From the human T2T-CHM13v2.0 reference genome, Homo sapiens, in assembly GCF_009914755.1 (NCBI RefSeq), contig NC_060932.1: 64,000 nucleotides of DNA; one strand, given 5' to 3'. This document shows positions 48,375-62,076 of this stretch, one piece after another (position 1 is the first letter of the stretch; each line of letters begins with the position of its first letter). The notes under the pieces are model-generated. The model did not search any database and was not told the origin of the DNA. It saw only the letters and a program-made list of their open reading frames with translations. The position numbers were made by a program, and so were the translations under genes.

Positions 48375-49305
48375 GAATGATACAAATGTTAATAAGAAAT
48401 TAAAGCAGTAAACTTTCTCCTTAAGCTAACCAAAAAAAGCGAAAGAGAAGTAGAAATCATTGTGTGATTCTTGCCCCCCGGTTTTGAGCCACAGTGCTAC
48501 TCTTCACTTTGGAAACTCCACTTTAAGCATCAGTGACTGGAAAAATCCCCTGAAGCCACTCCCCTTGGGTATTTTCCACTTGCTCAGACATCTCTGTGTA
48601 GGAACGTTAACAAGATCACCACGCCCCAGAGAAGCTGTCTGTAAAGAACATTTATATTTAAGACACCCTTTTTTTTTCATAGTTACTAAAGATTTTCATT
48701 CTGCTATCCTTAGGACATACTTTAAATTCTTAAAAATGATAACCATTTCTCATTTGTCACCATATCTAAGCAAATAGTATACAGTGTAATGAAGTTCTAA
48801 ATTTTCTTTCAGATGTTTACAGGTTTTTCTTTTATGCCTTTACTGTGTTATTAAAGTTTAAATGTATGAAGGTTTTTTTAGGGTTAACCTAAATAATTTT
48901 ATATAGCAGAAAAAGTATTTTTAAATCATATGTCTGATAAGGGATTTGTAGCCAGAATATATAAAAACTTCTGCATCTCAGTAATAAAATGAAAAATGAC
49001 CTAGTTAATAATTGGGTGAAGCATTTGAATAGATATTTCTCCAACAATAGTGTACAACTGGCAAATATACACATGAGAAGATATTCAACATCGCCAGTAA
49101 TCAGAGAAATTCAAGTCAATCTATGAGCTATACTTTACATACACAAAGCCGGCTATAATAATAAAGTGATAGGCAATACCTACTGTTGGTGAGGTTGAGA
49201 AAAAATTAGAATGCTCATCTATTACAGATGAGAAGGTAAAGTGCTGCAGCCATATGAAAAATAACTTAGCAGTTCCTCAAAATATCAAGTTCCCACATGA
49301 AGACA

Positions 49306-51233
49306 GCAAGGCTTATTCAAAATTCAAAAGTCAATCTATGTAATCCACCATATTAATGGGCTAAAGAAAAAATATATAGTAGTATCATTTGATGCAGAAA
49401 GCACATTTGACAAAAAAATTCAACACTTGTTCATGATAAACATCTCATCAATTTAAGAATTAATGAGAACTAACTCAATAGAGAGAATCTATAGGAAAAA
49501 TAGATACTGCTAATGTATTCAGTGATATTGTGAGTTCTTTCCCTAAAAATCATGAACAAAGCAAGGGTATACATGCTCACCACTTTTATTCAATACAGTA
49601 CTAGAAGGTAAAGTCACACACATTGGAAAGGAATAAATAAAACTATTCCTGTTTACCAGTGACGTTTTTGACTATATAGAATATTTCAGTGCATCTGCAG
49701 GAAACTTCCAGAAACACTATATGAGTTTAGCAAGGTTACATGACGCAAGACCCACATAAATTGATTTGCATTTCCATGTACTAATAATAAACATGAGGAA
49801 ACAAAAATTGAAAATACAATACCATTTAAAATGTATCCACAGGAAAATTATTTGGTAAAAATTTAACAAAACATGTATAAGATCTGTATGCTAGAAGTCA
49901 CAAAATGTTGCTAAAATGAAATCAACCTATATTTAAATAAATGGAGAGACATATTATGTTCATGGATCCAGAAGTAATGGAAGATTCAGCACAGTAAAGG
50001 TGCCAATTCATTCTCAAATTAATCTATAGATTTAATATCCATCAACATCTAGCAAGTTTTTAAAATAGACATAAGAAAGACATATTTTTTAAATAGACAT
50101 AAAATAAACATATATGGAAATGCTCTGGTCCTAGAGTAGCCAAGACAATCATGAACAAAAAAAGAGAATAAAGTGAGAAGAATCACTCTAACCAGTACTG
50201 ACCTTTAATAAATAGCTACAGCAAACAAGACAGCATGGCACTGGAGGAGGGAGAGATACACAGATCAATGGAACACAATTCAGTAGAGAACCTAAGAATA
50301 CGTATACATACTCATACATATTCAATTTTTTTTTTTTTTAATTTTTAGGCAGAGGCTCCCTCTGTTGCCCAGGCTAGAATGCCGTGGCAGGATCTTGGTT
50401 CACTACGACCTCCGCCTCCTGAGTTCAAGCAATTCTCATGCCTCAGCCTCCCGAGTAGCTGGAATTACAGGCACACACCACCACACCCAGCTAATTTTTT
50501 TGTATTTATAGTAGAGAAGAGGTTTTGCTATGTCACCCTGGCTGGCCTCAAACTCCTGGCCTCAAGTGATATGTCTGCCTCGGCCTCCTAAAGTGCTGAG
50601 GTTACAGGTGTGAGCCATCGCACCCAGCCTCAACCAGTTTTTGAAAGGTACAAAAGCATTTTATGGAAGGTAGGGTGGCCTTTTCACCAAATGATATTTG
50701 AGCAGTTAGATTTAGTGGGCCAAGTAAAAGGGGCTAAACCTTACATCTTATACAAAATTTAACTCAAAATGAATTACTGGTTTAAACATGAAATGTAAAA
50801 CTATTCAACTTAAAGAAAATATCTTTGATATCTAAAACTGGGCTAAGAATTCTTAGTCCTAACATTGAAAGTATGATTCATAAAAGGAAGAATTCATAAA
50901 TTGGGCTTTATAAAAATTAAAAATATTCACCATATAAAATACCTGTTTAGGAAAAGACAAACTACAGGTTGAAAGTAAATATTTGCAAACAAATAATATA
51001 ATATCTAGAATACATAAAGAACACTTAAATTTAACATGGATAACTGAGAAAATTTGAGCAAAATTTGTTGATTTTATTACTGTCATAATTATGGTCATGA
51101 TAGTGTATAAGTTTGCCCAGGTGTTACCACTCGGGGAAATGCTATAAAGTGTAAACTACGTCTCTCTATATTCATTCTTACAACTGCTTGCCAATCTAAA
51201 ATTAATGCAAAATAAAAAGTTAAGGAAAAAAAA
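49306..51233 (+). mobile_element. Separate L1MC-type ORF2/3' fragment
   Basis: Restarts in the RT region (gcaaggcttattcaaaattc...gatgcagaaagcacatttgaca) and ends ttcttacaactgcttg..aatcta..caaaataaaaagtt. Confidence 0.75.
50326..50629 (-). mobile_element. Alu (J/old S)
   Basis: T-tail, dimeric Alu ending cacccagcc. Confidence 0.93.
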
Positions 51234-51329
51234 TTATGTGCCAGCAAAATTGCGTTTTAACATCCTCCACAGCAACCTCAAAGTATGGTACTCACATTGG
51301 TACATACAACCCAGCAGTCCAAATATGTA

Positions 51330-52640
51330 TATTTATGTGTAAACTTTTAGTACTGACCACGTACAACAGCTTGCATTTGGCAAAAAGATAATTTGAAATA
51401 GAAAATAAAGAGAAAAAAAACAGAGTTTTTTCCTTCAAGGATTCTGTAAGGTAGTCAGAAAATAAGACACATACAAATGACTGTGGTACAGGCAGTATGT
51501 GGGGAGTTACATAAAAGACGTATACACATTTACTCTATGAGCTTAGGAGGAAGATAGCAATGCTTTTTGGAAAAGTTCATGGAACACAGGACTTCTGCAG
51601 TAAACTTTAAGGACAAAAAGATTTTTTCTTCTTTCTCCATGTGTTTTTAATTCTTGTTTAATCCTTTCTTTATCATTCCTTATGATTGAAAATAATTTTT
51701 AAAAAGATTTTTCCAAGTATAAGTTAGTAATGGGGTAACTTCAGGGTAAATCCAGCATGAACAAGAATATCAAAGCAGAAAACATGAGCTAGCAGAATAC
51801 AATCAGCCTATTTCTTCCAAAGCAAGAGCTATAATATATGATGACAGCAGAAAAAGATGCAGGCCAGATTTTAGGTTTTGAATGCCAGGTTAAGAATTTT
51901 ATTTTTGTCCTATAGAGTGACAGACGCTATTAAAAGTGTTTCAGTGGGGCCACACAGAGATGAAACAGGCTATCCAATGAAAATGTGTATGTGAAAACTT
52001 TCAGTCCTATCATAGATATAGAAAGAAAAAGAAACAAGAACTATAAAAAGAGAAAGCTGTACTGTGGATAGTTCTCTAACAAAATTTAACCAATAACTCT
52101 CTTATCATCTTGCTGGATCTTCAAAAAAGTTTATGAATTCAACACGAAAAATCTGTTATGATTGGAGATCAGAGAGGTATCTCATAATTTTGCTGTCATA
52201 ATCTTCCAAGTCAGAGGAATTGAGATCTGCATGGCCTTTGAAGGAACTAGGTTGATAAGCTAGATTTGAGAACTTTTCCTCCCTGTGAAGTCAATGAGGG
52301 AAGGAAACTCACTCCTATTCAGGTCTCTGTTGTCATTGCTTTGCATAGTACTTGGAACATAATAACAGATCAACATGTATTTTGAGTGCATTATGAATGA
52401 AGACAAATATGAGATAAAATCAAAAGGCTTAGCACATATTGATTCTGAGTGTAAAAGAGAAAGAAAGAACTAAAAACAAAGAGCTGTTCAAGCCCTGTTT
52501 CTGGTAAGAATAGAGTTTCAATAAAGAATCAGGAAAGTCACAGCCACACCGTGTGAATTATGAGCCAATCACTGCTCAGCTGTTTGCGATGCCTTTGGGT
52601 ATAGTTGGAAGACGATAAAAGTTACTCTAAATATGTGCTT
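51330..52640. mobile_element. L2 remnants
   Basis: aggccagattttagg...gaatgccaggttaagaatttta...tcctatag; separate L2 3' end gcatagtacttggaacataata...tgaatgaa near 52340-52400. Confidence 0.55.
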
Positions 52641-53404
52641 GCTGCCTCTGTTTTTGCCATTTACAAATACTCAGAGACAGAAAAATAGATGAATCTGATT
52701 ATTTTTTCTAAAGGAGAACATGAGATACTCTGTACCAAATTCAAATAAAAAATGAGTGCTTTGAGATTGCATGATTAAATAGAATAACAACATCCCTGGC
52801 AAACGTGATTAAGGGAGAAGATTATAGAAGCATGTGAGAAATGGAAAGTGTTATTAAAAATATGTCAGCTTTTGGTATATCATCCCTAACCCTTTCAGAA
52901 GATCCATTATTATGCCAACAAATTTCGTGTAAGAATAATGATAGTGACATTTACTGAAGAACTACAAACAATATAACTTTCCATTTTAATGTTTCATATT
53001 TCTCATGTTTATCTAAGACTCAGAAAGGTTTTAGGTTTGTATTCAAATTCAAGGTGTTTTTATTCACTTCTTTTTAAAATTAGTAAATATTTTATTTTGG
53101 CATCTGCATAAAGTCTGAAATTTTATGAAATGTTCTGAAAATGAATAGGCAGTAAGTTTTAATGGGCTGTAGCTTTTTAAGCTGTTTTTGTGGCTGATTA
53201 AATTTATAAGGTTTTATTTCATATCTATATAGATTTCTTATAACTATTGGCTTTCCAAAAACTAAATTATCAGGCAAAAAATTAAGGTATAATTCAGTTT
53301 TCTTTCATCGGGATGGTTCAACTGAGCTTTTTAGAGAGGTAGAGAGTACATTCGTATGACAGTTGACCTCCTAAATATTTCATCCTGAAAATTCCATTAC
53401 TAAG

Positions 53405-53438
53405 ATTCTCTGGGAATCTCTGGGAATTCTCTGGGAAT
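53405..53438. repeat. Tandem tctctgggaa(t) x3
   Basis: attctctgggaatctctgggaattctctgggaat. Confidence 0.9.
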
Positions 53439-53472
53439 GCTTTTGTTTAAGACATAAAATATACATACCTGG

Positions 53473-53833
53473 TGTTATGATATGAATGCCTGTGTTCCCA
53501 TGAAATGAATACATTGAAATCCTATCTCCAATGAAGGATTAGGAGGTGGAGCCTTTTGAAAGGTGATTAGGCAATGAAGGCAAAACCCTCATGGGTGAGA
53601 TTAATCCCCTCATAAAAGAGACCCCAGGGAGCTCTTTTGTTTTTTTGACCAGGTGAGAGTACAGCTAGAAGGTATCATCTATGAGCCAGAAAGCAGCCCT
53701 CACCAGATATCGAATCTGCCTGTATTTTTTATTGGACTTCCCAGCCTTCAGTACTGTGAGAAATAAATTTCAATTGTTTATCAGCCACACAGTCTAAGGT
53801 GTTTTGCTATAGCAGCCAAAAGGAACTGAAACA
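53473..53833 (+). mobile_element. MLT1A0-like solo LTR
   Basis: tgttatg..tgaatg..ttgaaatccta..attaggaggtggagcc..ataaaagagaccccag..gactgtgagaaataaattt-like..tatagcagcc..aaca. Confidence 0.9.
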
Positions 53834-54413
53834 TTTAGTTATATATATCATCAATTTGGTAATTATTTGCAAACTGTTGAGGTTTTCTCAAATGTTTATT
53901 TGGCTAGTCTGCATTGTATTTCCAAGAATTACCCTTTCTGTGTGTTTCTGGTTACAGTGGGCCACAGGAGATATTCTTCTGGGACAGTTCAAGTGTCAAA
54001 GTGAAGCAGCAGCTTTTTTGTAGCTCACATATACATTTGCTTTCATGCCTGCAACTTTCTGTCTTTCCCTGGATCCTCTGTCAGCTTCTTTGATTCCTGG
54101 GCCAGGTGTGCACAGAACTTTGTGCCATAACAAAGAGACCTGGTGCTGTAAGGCACCAGGACATGAAGATTGTTCACAGCAAAAATTGGCACTGGCTTCA
54201 GCCTTCCCTGAGGACTTCAGCTCTTGCTTGACGGGTATAGATGGTTCTTGTTCTCTTTGGCTTTCTATGCATAGTTCCCTCCCAATGGCCACAGGATACC
54301 CGTGGACTTTAAGCACTAGTATCAGACTAGAAGAAAAGAGCCATGAACCTTGATTTGTATCATGTACATGTGTACGATGTATCATTTATATCATACAACT
54401 TGTAATTCTACAC

Positions 54414-54699
54414 TTTCTTTTTTTATAGACAGAGTCTTTCTCTGTTGCCCAGGCTGGAGAACAGTGGCACAATCATAGCTCATGGTAACCTCAAACTCCT
54501 GGGATTAAGCAATCCTCCTGCCTCAGCCTCCTAAGTAGCTGTGACTGCAGGTGTGTGCCACCATGCCTGGATACTTAAAAAAAAAAAAAAAATTCTAGAG
54601 ACAGAGTCTCGCTATATTACCCAGGCTGGTCTAGAACTCCTGGCCTCAAGCAGTCCTCCCATGTCAGCCACCCAAAGTGCTGGGATTACAAGCACGAGC
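54414..54699 (-). mobile_element. AluJ
   Basis: aatcatagctca..aacctcaaactcctggg..aagcaatcctcc; gtctcgctatattacccaggctgg. Confidence 0.9.
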
Positions 54700-55025
54700 A
54701 TATTTTTAAATATTAGTGTTTATTCAAATTTTTTATAATTACAAATAAGAAATAGTTATCTGAAATTGTCTTGGGAGAATGATGAAATTTGAATCAACAT
54801 GGTAAATGGTTAGGATGCTGATGTTTAGAACAGTTTTAAGATATTTTTAACAAATCTTAGGATGTTATATTATAAGGGCTTTGAGGGAAATAAAAGCAGC
54901 CTTCAGAATACAATTGTGAAGTTTCATACTAAGAGCCTCATACAAACACTTAATCCAAAATGGTTCAAAATGTTTTGAAAAACACAAGTTCTGACAGAAG
55001 TCTGCACAAAATCCACATACTTTGT

Positions 55026-55560
55026 CATTCCTTCATTTGACACATTGATGTGGCATCTATAACCTGTGCCAGGCACTGTTCTAGGTCTCGGGTTATATAA
55101 ATAACCAAAAGAGAAAAATAATTCTGCCCTCTTGAGCTTATACTCAGGAAAGAAATAAAACATATGATAACTGCAATAGTAAGATGCTGTGTGTAGGTTA
55201 AGTCATTTTAAGCATTATGAATAAAATTGAAAGTTGTTCGGTGTCATGGGTATTGGAAGGATTGGAAGCACTAAATAGGAGCAGATGCATGATGCAGTTT
55301 CAAACAGAATGATCAGTGTAGGCCTCCTGGGGCTGGCATTTAAACAACAATTTAAAGAAAGAGATAAGAGGGTTAACAATGGTGGTGATGAATATCTTAA
55401 ATTCTGGGAATAATCATGCCAAGGTCCTAAAATGAGTTTTGGACTGGTATGTTTGGTAAGGAAGGAAGCATGTTTGACTGAAGCCAAAGAGGGAGAAGAG
55501 TGATGAGAGAAAAGTCAGATATTTAATGGAGGATGTCCTGGAATGGCAGTATGAAAAGAC
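55026..55560 (-). mobile_element. L2 3' fragment
   Basis: cattccttcattt...tgtgccaggcactgttctagg...ctgccctcttgagcttata. Confidence 0.75.
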
Positions 55561-55569
55561 TTAGGAATC

Positions 55570-57638
55570 ATCTTATTTATTTAGACCCTTTTTGATTCAT
55601 TTCATCAAAACTTTACAGTTTTTTACATATAGATTGTGCACCTACTTAATTAAATATTTATCTAATTATTTCCTTTTTTGGTTCTATTTCAAATTTCAAT
55701 TGTTAAATGCTGGTACATAAGAGCACAACTGAATTTTGTGTGTCAGTTTTTGTTGTTGTTGTTGTTGTTGCTTTTGAGATGGAGTCTCGCTCTGTTACCC
55801 AGGCTGGAGTGCAATGGCGAGATCTTGGCTCACTGCACCCTCGCCTCCCAGGTTCAAGCGATTCTCCCACCTCAGCCCCCCTAGTAGCTGGGATTACAGA
55901 TGCAGGCCACCATGCCAGGCTAATTTTTGTGTTTTTAGTAGAGACAGGGTTTCACCATGTTGGCCAGGCTGGTCTCAAACTCCTGACCTCAAGTGATCCA
56001 CTCGCCTACGCTTCCCAAAGTGCTGGGATTGCAGGTGTGAGCCACAGCACCCGGCAATATATAAATCATGTACCCTGCAACCCTCTTATAATTACTTATA
56101 AGAGTATTTTTTGTCTATTATTGGGATTTTTTACATATATAATTATACTATCTGTGGAAAAATAAAAAAAAAGTTTTTACATTTCTTTTCAATTTGTATA
56201 CTTTAAAATTTCCTTTTCTTGACTTATTGCATTAGATGAGACTTCCAGTACAATGGCTAATAGCAGTGGGGAGAGAGGACATTCTTCCCTTCTTCCCCAT
56301 CTTAGGATAAAGACACCTCATCTCTCTGACTCGTGAAGTATGATGTTAGTTGTAGGTACTTTTGGAGATGCTCTTTATTAAATTGAAGAAATCTCTCTAT
56401 ATTCCTAATTTGCTGAAAGGTTTTAATCATTGATGGGTGTTATTTTCTCAACCAAATTTCTGCATGTATTGATGTGATCATACGATTTTATCTTTAGCTT
56501 GCTGATGTGATTGATTGATTACATAATTGATTTTCTAGTGTTGAACTAGCGTCAAATATGTGGGATAAATTCCACTCGGTAGTACTATGTAATTCTTTTG
56601 ATTATTTCGATTACAATTCTATAATCCTGTTGAATTTGATTTGCCAATATTTTTGAAGACTTCTCACCTATATTTATAAATTATGCTGCAGTTTTCCTTT
56701 TTTTTATAATTCTTTATCTGGTTTTGGCATTACGGTAATGCTGGCCTTCTAGAGTGAATTAGACTTCTATATTTTGGAAGGGATTTTAAAGAATTGGTGA
56801 CTTTTCTTCCTTGACTATATAGTAGATTTTACTAGTGAAATCATCCAGGTCTGGTATTTTAAAAAATTATTAGTTATTGATTTATTTTCTTAAATGAATC
56901 AACACTCTAATAGTGTTTGTCTTTTAATTGATATTTAGACAACTGATATTTAAAGTGATTACTTATATAGTTAGATTACCTACAATATGTGTAATTGTTT
57001 TTATTTGTTATATTTGTTCTTTGTTATTTTTTAAATCTTTGTCTTTTTTCTGCCTTCTCTGATGTTAGTGAATATCTTATTACATTGTATTTCTTTTCCT
57101 CTTCTAGCATATTAGTTTATATCTTTAAAAAATATTTTTGTGTTTCTTCTAGAGTTTGCAATACGCATTTACAGTAATCTAAGTCCGGCTTCAAATAACA
57201 TTATAACACTTCACAAGTAGTGCAGGTAACTTAAACCCCTGTGTAAAACATGAGGTGATTTTTCTCTATTCTTCACCATTAGAAATTGCGGTGCTGGAGG
57301 TAGAACCCATGAATTTGTGGAGCTCCTACCCCACCTAAGTCCGGGCCCCCAGGCACCTTTACCTTCAAGCTTCACCACATTCAGCCCCCAGCAATTCATT
57401 AGTTACTGTGGAAATTTTCCTGCAAGATATGGACTCCAGCGACTACTGCTCTAAGTTGATCTTGACTGTAAGATTCCCTGCATTTGCTTGTCTTTTCAGA
57501 TTTTAGGGTGGCATTTTGCCCCATGACCACCATTCTTACTTGGATCTAAGAAAAGATAACTTGTTTCTCTTTGCTCTGGTTTCTCTTGAGGAGGATGGAG
57601 TGATGCTTTCAGATCCCCAGTGCTGAAATCAGAAGTCC
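55570..57638 (-). mobile_element. Fragmented antisense L1M
   Basis: gacttccagtacaatg..aatagcagtggggagagaggacattctt..., tgatgttagttgtagg; ends gaaatcagaagtc (L1M 5' terminus, antisense). Confidence 0.75.
55747..56055 (-). mobile_element. AluSz/Sx with (TTG)n tail
   Basis: Dimeric Alu, tcctgacctcaagtgatcc. Confidence 0.95.
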
Positions 57639-58418
57639 TCCAACTAACAAATATTTAATGTGTTTATTTGGTAACCAATGTCTATTTTATTTTTTAACTT
57701 ATTTTACTTCTGCTAAATTTTGAATCTCTACATATTTTATTTCAATATATAACAATACCTACGTACCAGAGACATCTAGAAGCAGAACTCATTTAAAGAG
57801 CAAGAACTAGGGAGACAGCTGTGATTTGCCACAGTACAGGCCCACGGCATTCTGCTTGTTTGTTAATTGGTAGATGATGGAACAGTTCAGTGAGTCATTG
57901 CCACACTACAGACCTACAAGCTCTCAACACTCACAACTGTGATACAGCTAGAAAATGTTCTTAGCAGTATGCTGTGACTTATTCTAAATTCGTCATCAGC
58001 ATTCAACTTAGGTTTTAGCACACATATATGTGCAAGTAAATTTTATATATATATATATATATAAATCATATATTAACTAACTAAACAAAAAAATACAGGT
58101 TCTTGTACTTTAATCTTCCTTTTGTAATATACCTAGAAGGCAATGATTTTAACATTCTGGAAGGAAACTGTCATTGCTTTTTTCCTCTTCATTTTTTGTA
58201 AATTAAAAGCACCAGGACTCATTTGGGCAAGACACTGATTAAACCCTAAGCCTAAATCTATGTTGAGTTTTTAATCATTTCATGCTATGGAATAAATGTA
58301 ACAAGCACTGGTGTATTCATCTGCCTCTCTACCTGAAGTATTCAATATCAAAAATAACATTTTTATACATAAAGCTCTAGAATATACAAATTATTCTAAA
58401 TTAAAATAAGTTTGTCTT

Positions 58419-58937
58419 AGCCAGGAAACACAGTGAGACCTCGCCTGTATAAAAAAGTAAAAAATTAGTTGAGCATGGTGGTGCATTCTTTTTTTCTTTT
58501 CTTTTTTTTGAGATGGAGTCTTGCTCCGTTGCCCAGGCTGGAGTGTAGTGGCATGATCTTGGCTCACTGCAAGCTCCGCCTCCCACCATTCTCCTGCCTC
58601 AGCCTCCCAAGTAGCTGAGACTACAGGCACCCACCACCACGCCTGGCTAATTTTTTGATTTGTAGTAGAGATAGGGTTTCACTGAATTAGCCAGGATGGT
58701 CTCGATCTCCTGACCTTATGATCCACCTGCCTCGGCCTCCCAGAGTGCTGGGATTACAGGCGTGAGCCACAGCACCTGGCCAAAGTGGTGCATTTTTGTA
58801 GTTCCAGCTACTCGGGAGCCTGAGATGGAAGACTCTCTTGAACTTAGGAAATCAAGGATACAGTGAGCTATGATTGCACCTTTGCACTCCCGCTTAGGCA
58901 ACTGAGCAAGACCCTGCCAAAAAAAAAAAAAAAAAAA
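58419..58937 (+). mobile_element. Truncated AluJ, interrupted by a younger Alu
   Basis: aacacagtgagacc..aaaaaattag..gcatggtggtgca, then tgtagttccagctact..cagtgagctatgattgcacc..gcaagaccctg-poly(A). Confidence 0.88.
58489..58781 (-). mobile_element. AluY-like inserted antisense in AluJ
   Basis: tgcaagctccgcctccc, ttagccaggatggtctcgatctcc; TSD gtggtgcatt. Confidence 0.93.
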
Positions 58938-59544
58938 TGAGGTTGTCTTTCACAGAACATCTAAACTGGAAACACATTATAATAATATAATGAATAAATC
59001 TAATTATGGTTTAATATTCTTTTATACTCAATTAACTACTGTGGCTTTATTAGATTACAGAAACTTTTTCAGACACAGACAAATTATATGTATTTTTGAA
59101 ATATTTGGTAAATCATTAAATGAAATAATTTCTTATCGAAAGTAAGGGAGACCTATGTGATTTCAATCTATTTTGAACAGAGTTGAAAATAATACTATTT
59201 GGCTGATAGTTGTTATAAAATGGAATCCAAAGCAACATTAAACAATTGTGTGATATGATCTTACATTGGTATAAATAGATATTCATTCTTTGTGCAGAGG
59301 TGTAGGTATTCTACAAACTTTTCCCAAGCTCCATTTCCAAGTTGTATACTTAATGCATCAAAAAATCATAACCTTTTCTGAGATATTATTCTCTTCTGTC
59401 TTATTAGGAAGACACCTAATCAGGATTTGTATAAATTAAGTTTTTATTAATTTTATTTACATGTACTCATTATTTTAATTAATTATACCGTATTAATTTT
59501 ATCGATGGTTATGAAAGGTACCTAATCAGGATTTACATTAACTA

Positions 59545-59848
<304 letters not shown>

Positions 59849-61229
59849 TTATATTAATTAATAAAAATTAATTCCATGAATTTTTCTTTCTCTATAATTT
59901 TAAGGAAAGGTGTAATTTTCTCTCGTTGTTGAATATAATATTTTTCAAAGACAAAGAGTTGCTTAGTTATTTATAGGTCTTTAATCCTTGTAACTGCAGA
60001 GATTGTTTTCAACTGGCTTTGTACTTTATGTCTGTCTGTTGGCTTTGGCCTTGTTCTTTCTGCCTCAGTAAAAGTATAATAATGATGCCTGCCTAATTGA
60101 AATGGAAATCTCTTCAGAAATCCCTGTGATTGAATTTATTGTGAATCATAAACAAGGACTCTTTATGACATACAAAACTTTGCATATGGATTCATAGTTA
60201 AATGTTTAGGCTGTTATAGGTGGCTTATTTATCAAATTTAGTGACCCCTTTTAGTATTCTCTCAATCATATGTTTAGGGGAAATATAAATGGACCCTAAA
60301 TCAGTAATCTCAAACATGAACTAAAGGAGTCTATATGAAAAAATGCTAAAAAAAAATTTGGAAAAATGTAGAATTTTTTTAAACCTTAAATTGAATCAAG
60401 TACAGTTACATATCTAAAGAAACAAACATCAGACATCTTTCAATTAGCCACAGTGTTTCAGATAAGGCCAATATTTATACCTTTAACTTAACTTAAAAAA
60501 AAATTCATGTCTAAGAGAGCAGTTTACAGTTATTAGACTGGCATTTACTGCTATATAAATTTCAGAAATGTTTATAACATTATCGAAGTCCTTTTAGGGA
60601 TCATTTTGATATTGTCATTGTTAGAAAGTTATAGAAATAAAAGCTAACACAGTTCACATCATAATTTAGAAGAAGATGAGTACAAGATACGAGAGTATGC
60701 TTTCAAATATTTTCTCACATCTATTCTTTATGCAATCAATTAATGAATATTTATCAAAAGCTTAAATGATGCATAAAAAATGCAGAAAACCATGGTCGAC
60801 ACCTAAATAATTTACAATCTAATTGAGAAAAATAAGTTGATTTCACTTATGAAGCATGGGTATTTGACAAAAGCAATAAGAGTATTGGTAAATCCAAAAA
60901 AATGCTCATAAGAAATCAATAAACATGTGGAAAATGGCCTTGAGAAAACTCTTTTAAAGATGTTTTTGATTTTTGGTTCTTGCTTCTTGGTACTAAATGA
61001 AAAACAAAATCTGAGTAAAGCATTATGAAAATTTGAATTAATATATTTGAATATCATCTTGATTAACTTTACCAGTGTGTTTGTATAGTTATTAATTGTA
61101 TAACAGACTGAATAAGTAGAACAAAGTTTTTTCAACTAAGGCTATCTTGTCATTATAATCATTTTATGAAATACATTTATCATATATGTGTTTATGTGCA
61201 TTTTTAAAGTATATCATGTAAATTTAAAA

Positions 61230-61776
61230 AAATATTTGTTTCTCTGCCCTTTTTGAGTTACTAGTTGGGACAGATGCTTGTATCAAAAAATAGATTAACA
61301 AGAGAAAATCAAACAAGTTTATTAAAATGTGTATATCATGCATACAAGAGAGATGACCCAGATAAATTACTATATTGCCAGAGTAGATCTCAAAGAGGTC
61401 ACTTTGACTTTGGGATTAAGTACCATCCCTTGCTGAAACAAAGAAAGAAGGGTATGAGGAAAGGGTAATTATTGGGAAATAGCCAGGAAAAGTACAGTGA
61501 AAAAGAACAAAGTCTGTTATGTGGACTTCAATCAATGCCTTCCCCACTGATAACACATTTTAGAGATGTAGTCATCCTTCTCTTCCTGGAGCAGAGAGGG
61601 AGACACCCTTACAAATGGAGATTTCCTTATAGATGTAAACTTCTCTTACAAAAGGGTAACTTCTACTCTGTTTTCAAAGCTTCTCCCTTGTCTGATGTTT
61701 CTCAAAATAGTTTGTTCCAAATTATTTATATATACTAAAGAGACATATTTGGGGTAGCATATTCTGGCCTCCTACA
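61230..61776 (-). mobile_element. MER34/MER39-group ERV1 LTR
   Basis: Reverse complement begins TGTAGGAGGCCAGAATATGCTACCCCAAATATGTCTCTTTAG; agattaacaagagaaaa..aagtttatta near the other end. Confidence 0.7.
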
Positions 61777-62076
61777 GTCATATTTTGGCTGGTGAGTGAT
61801 AGGCGTGAGCCCTCTCATTTTTCCATTTGAAAATTCTGCCAGAAGTTTCACAGTCCAGGACATGAGTTGGTGGATTATCTCATAATTTGTTGAAGAGGCA
61901 TTTCTATGGAAATAAAAGAAAAACAAATGTTAATAGTTAGAGCAAAGTAAAAACCAATTTCTGCATTTGGAGGACAGTCAGTTGAAAAAATTTCTAGATG
62001 TGGGTTGGGCTTAAAACATCTTTTGCAATTTAAATGTCTCAATGTTCCAGTGAACTTTCTGAATGACCTACATAGC

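Larger units (their letters stand above)
44950..49305 (+). mobile_element. Old L1 ORF2 remnant (likely continuation of 38390-41328)
   Basis: Colinear endonuclease, RT (ttttcagatggcatgatatt, FADDM-like) and C-terminal motifs; many disablements. Confidence 0.8.

Noticed and set aside
53920-54385. Overlapping 102- and 129-aa ORFs
   Set aside because: No domain; sequence may be an old ERVL LTR (LTR33-like) that I could not call confidently.
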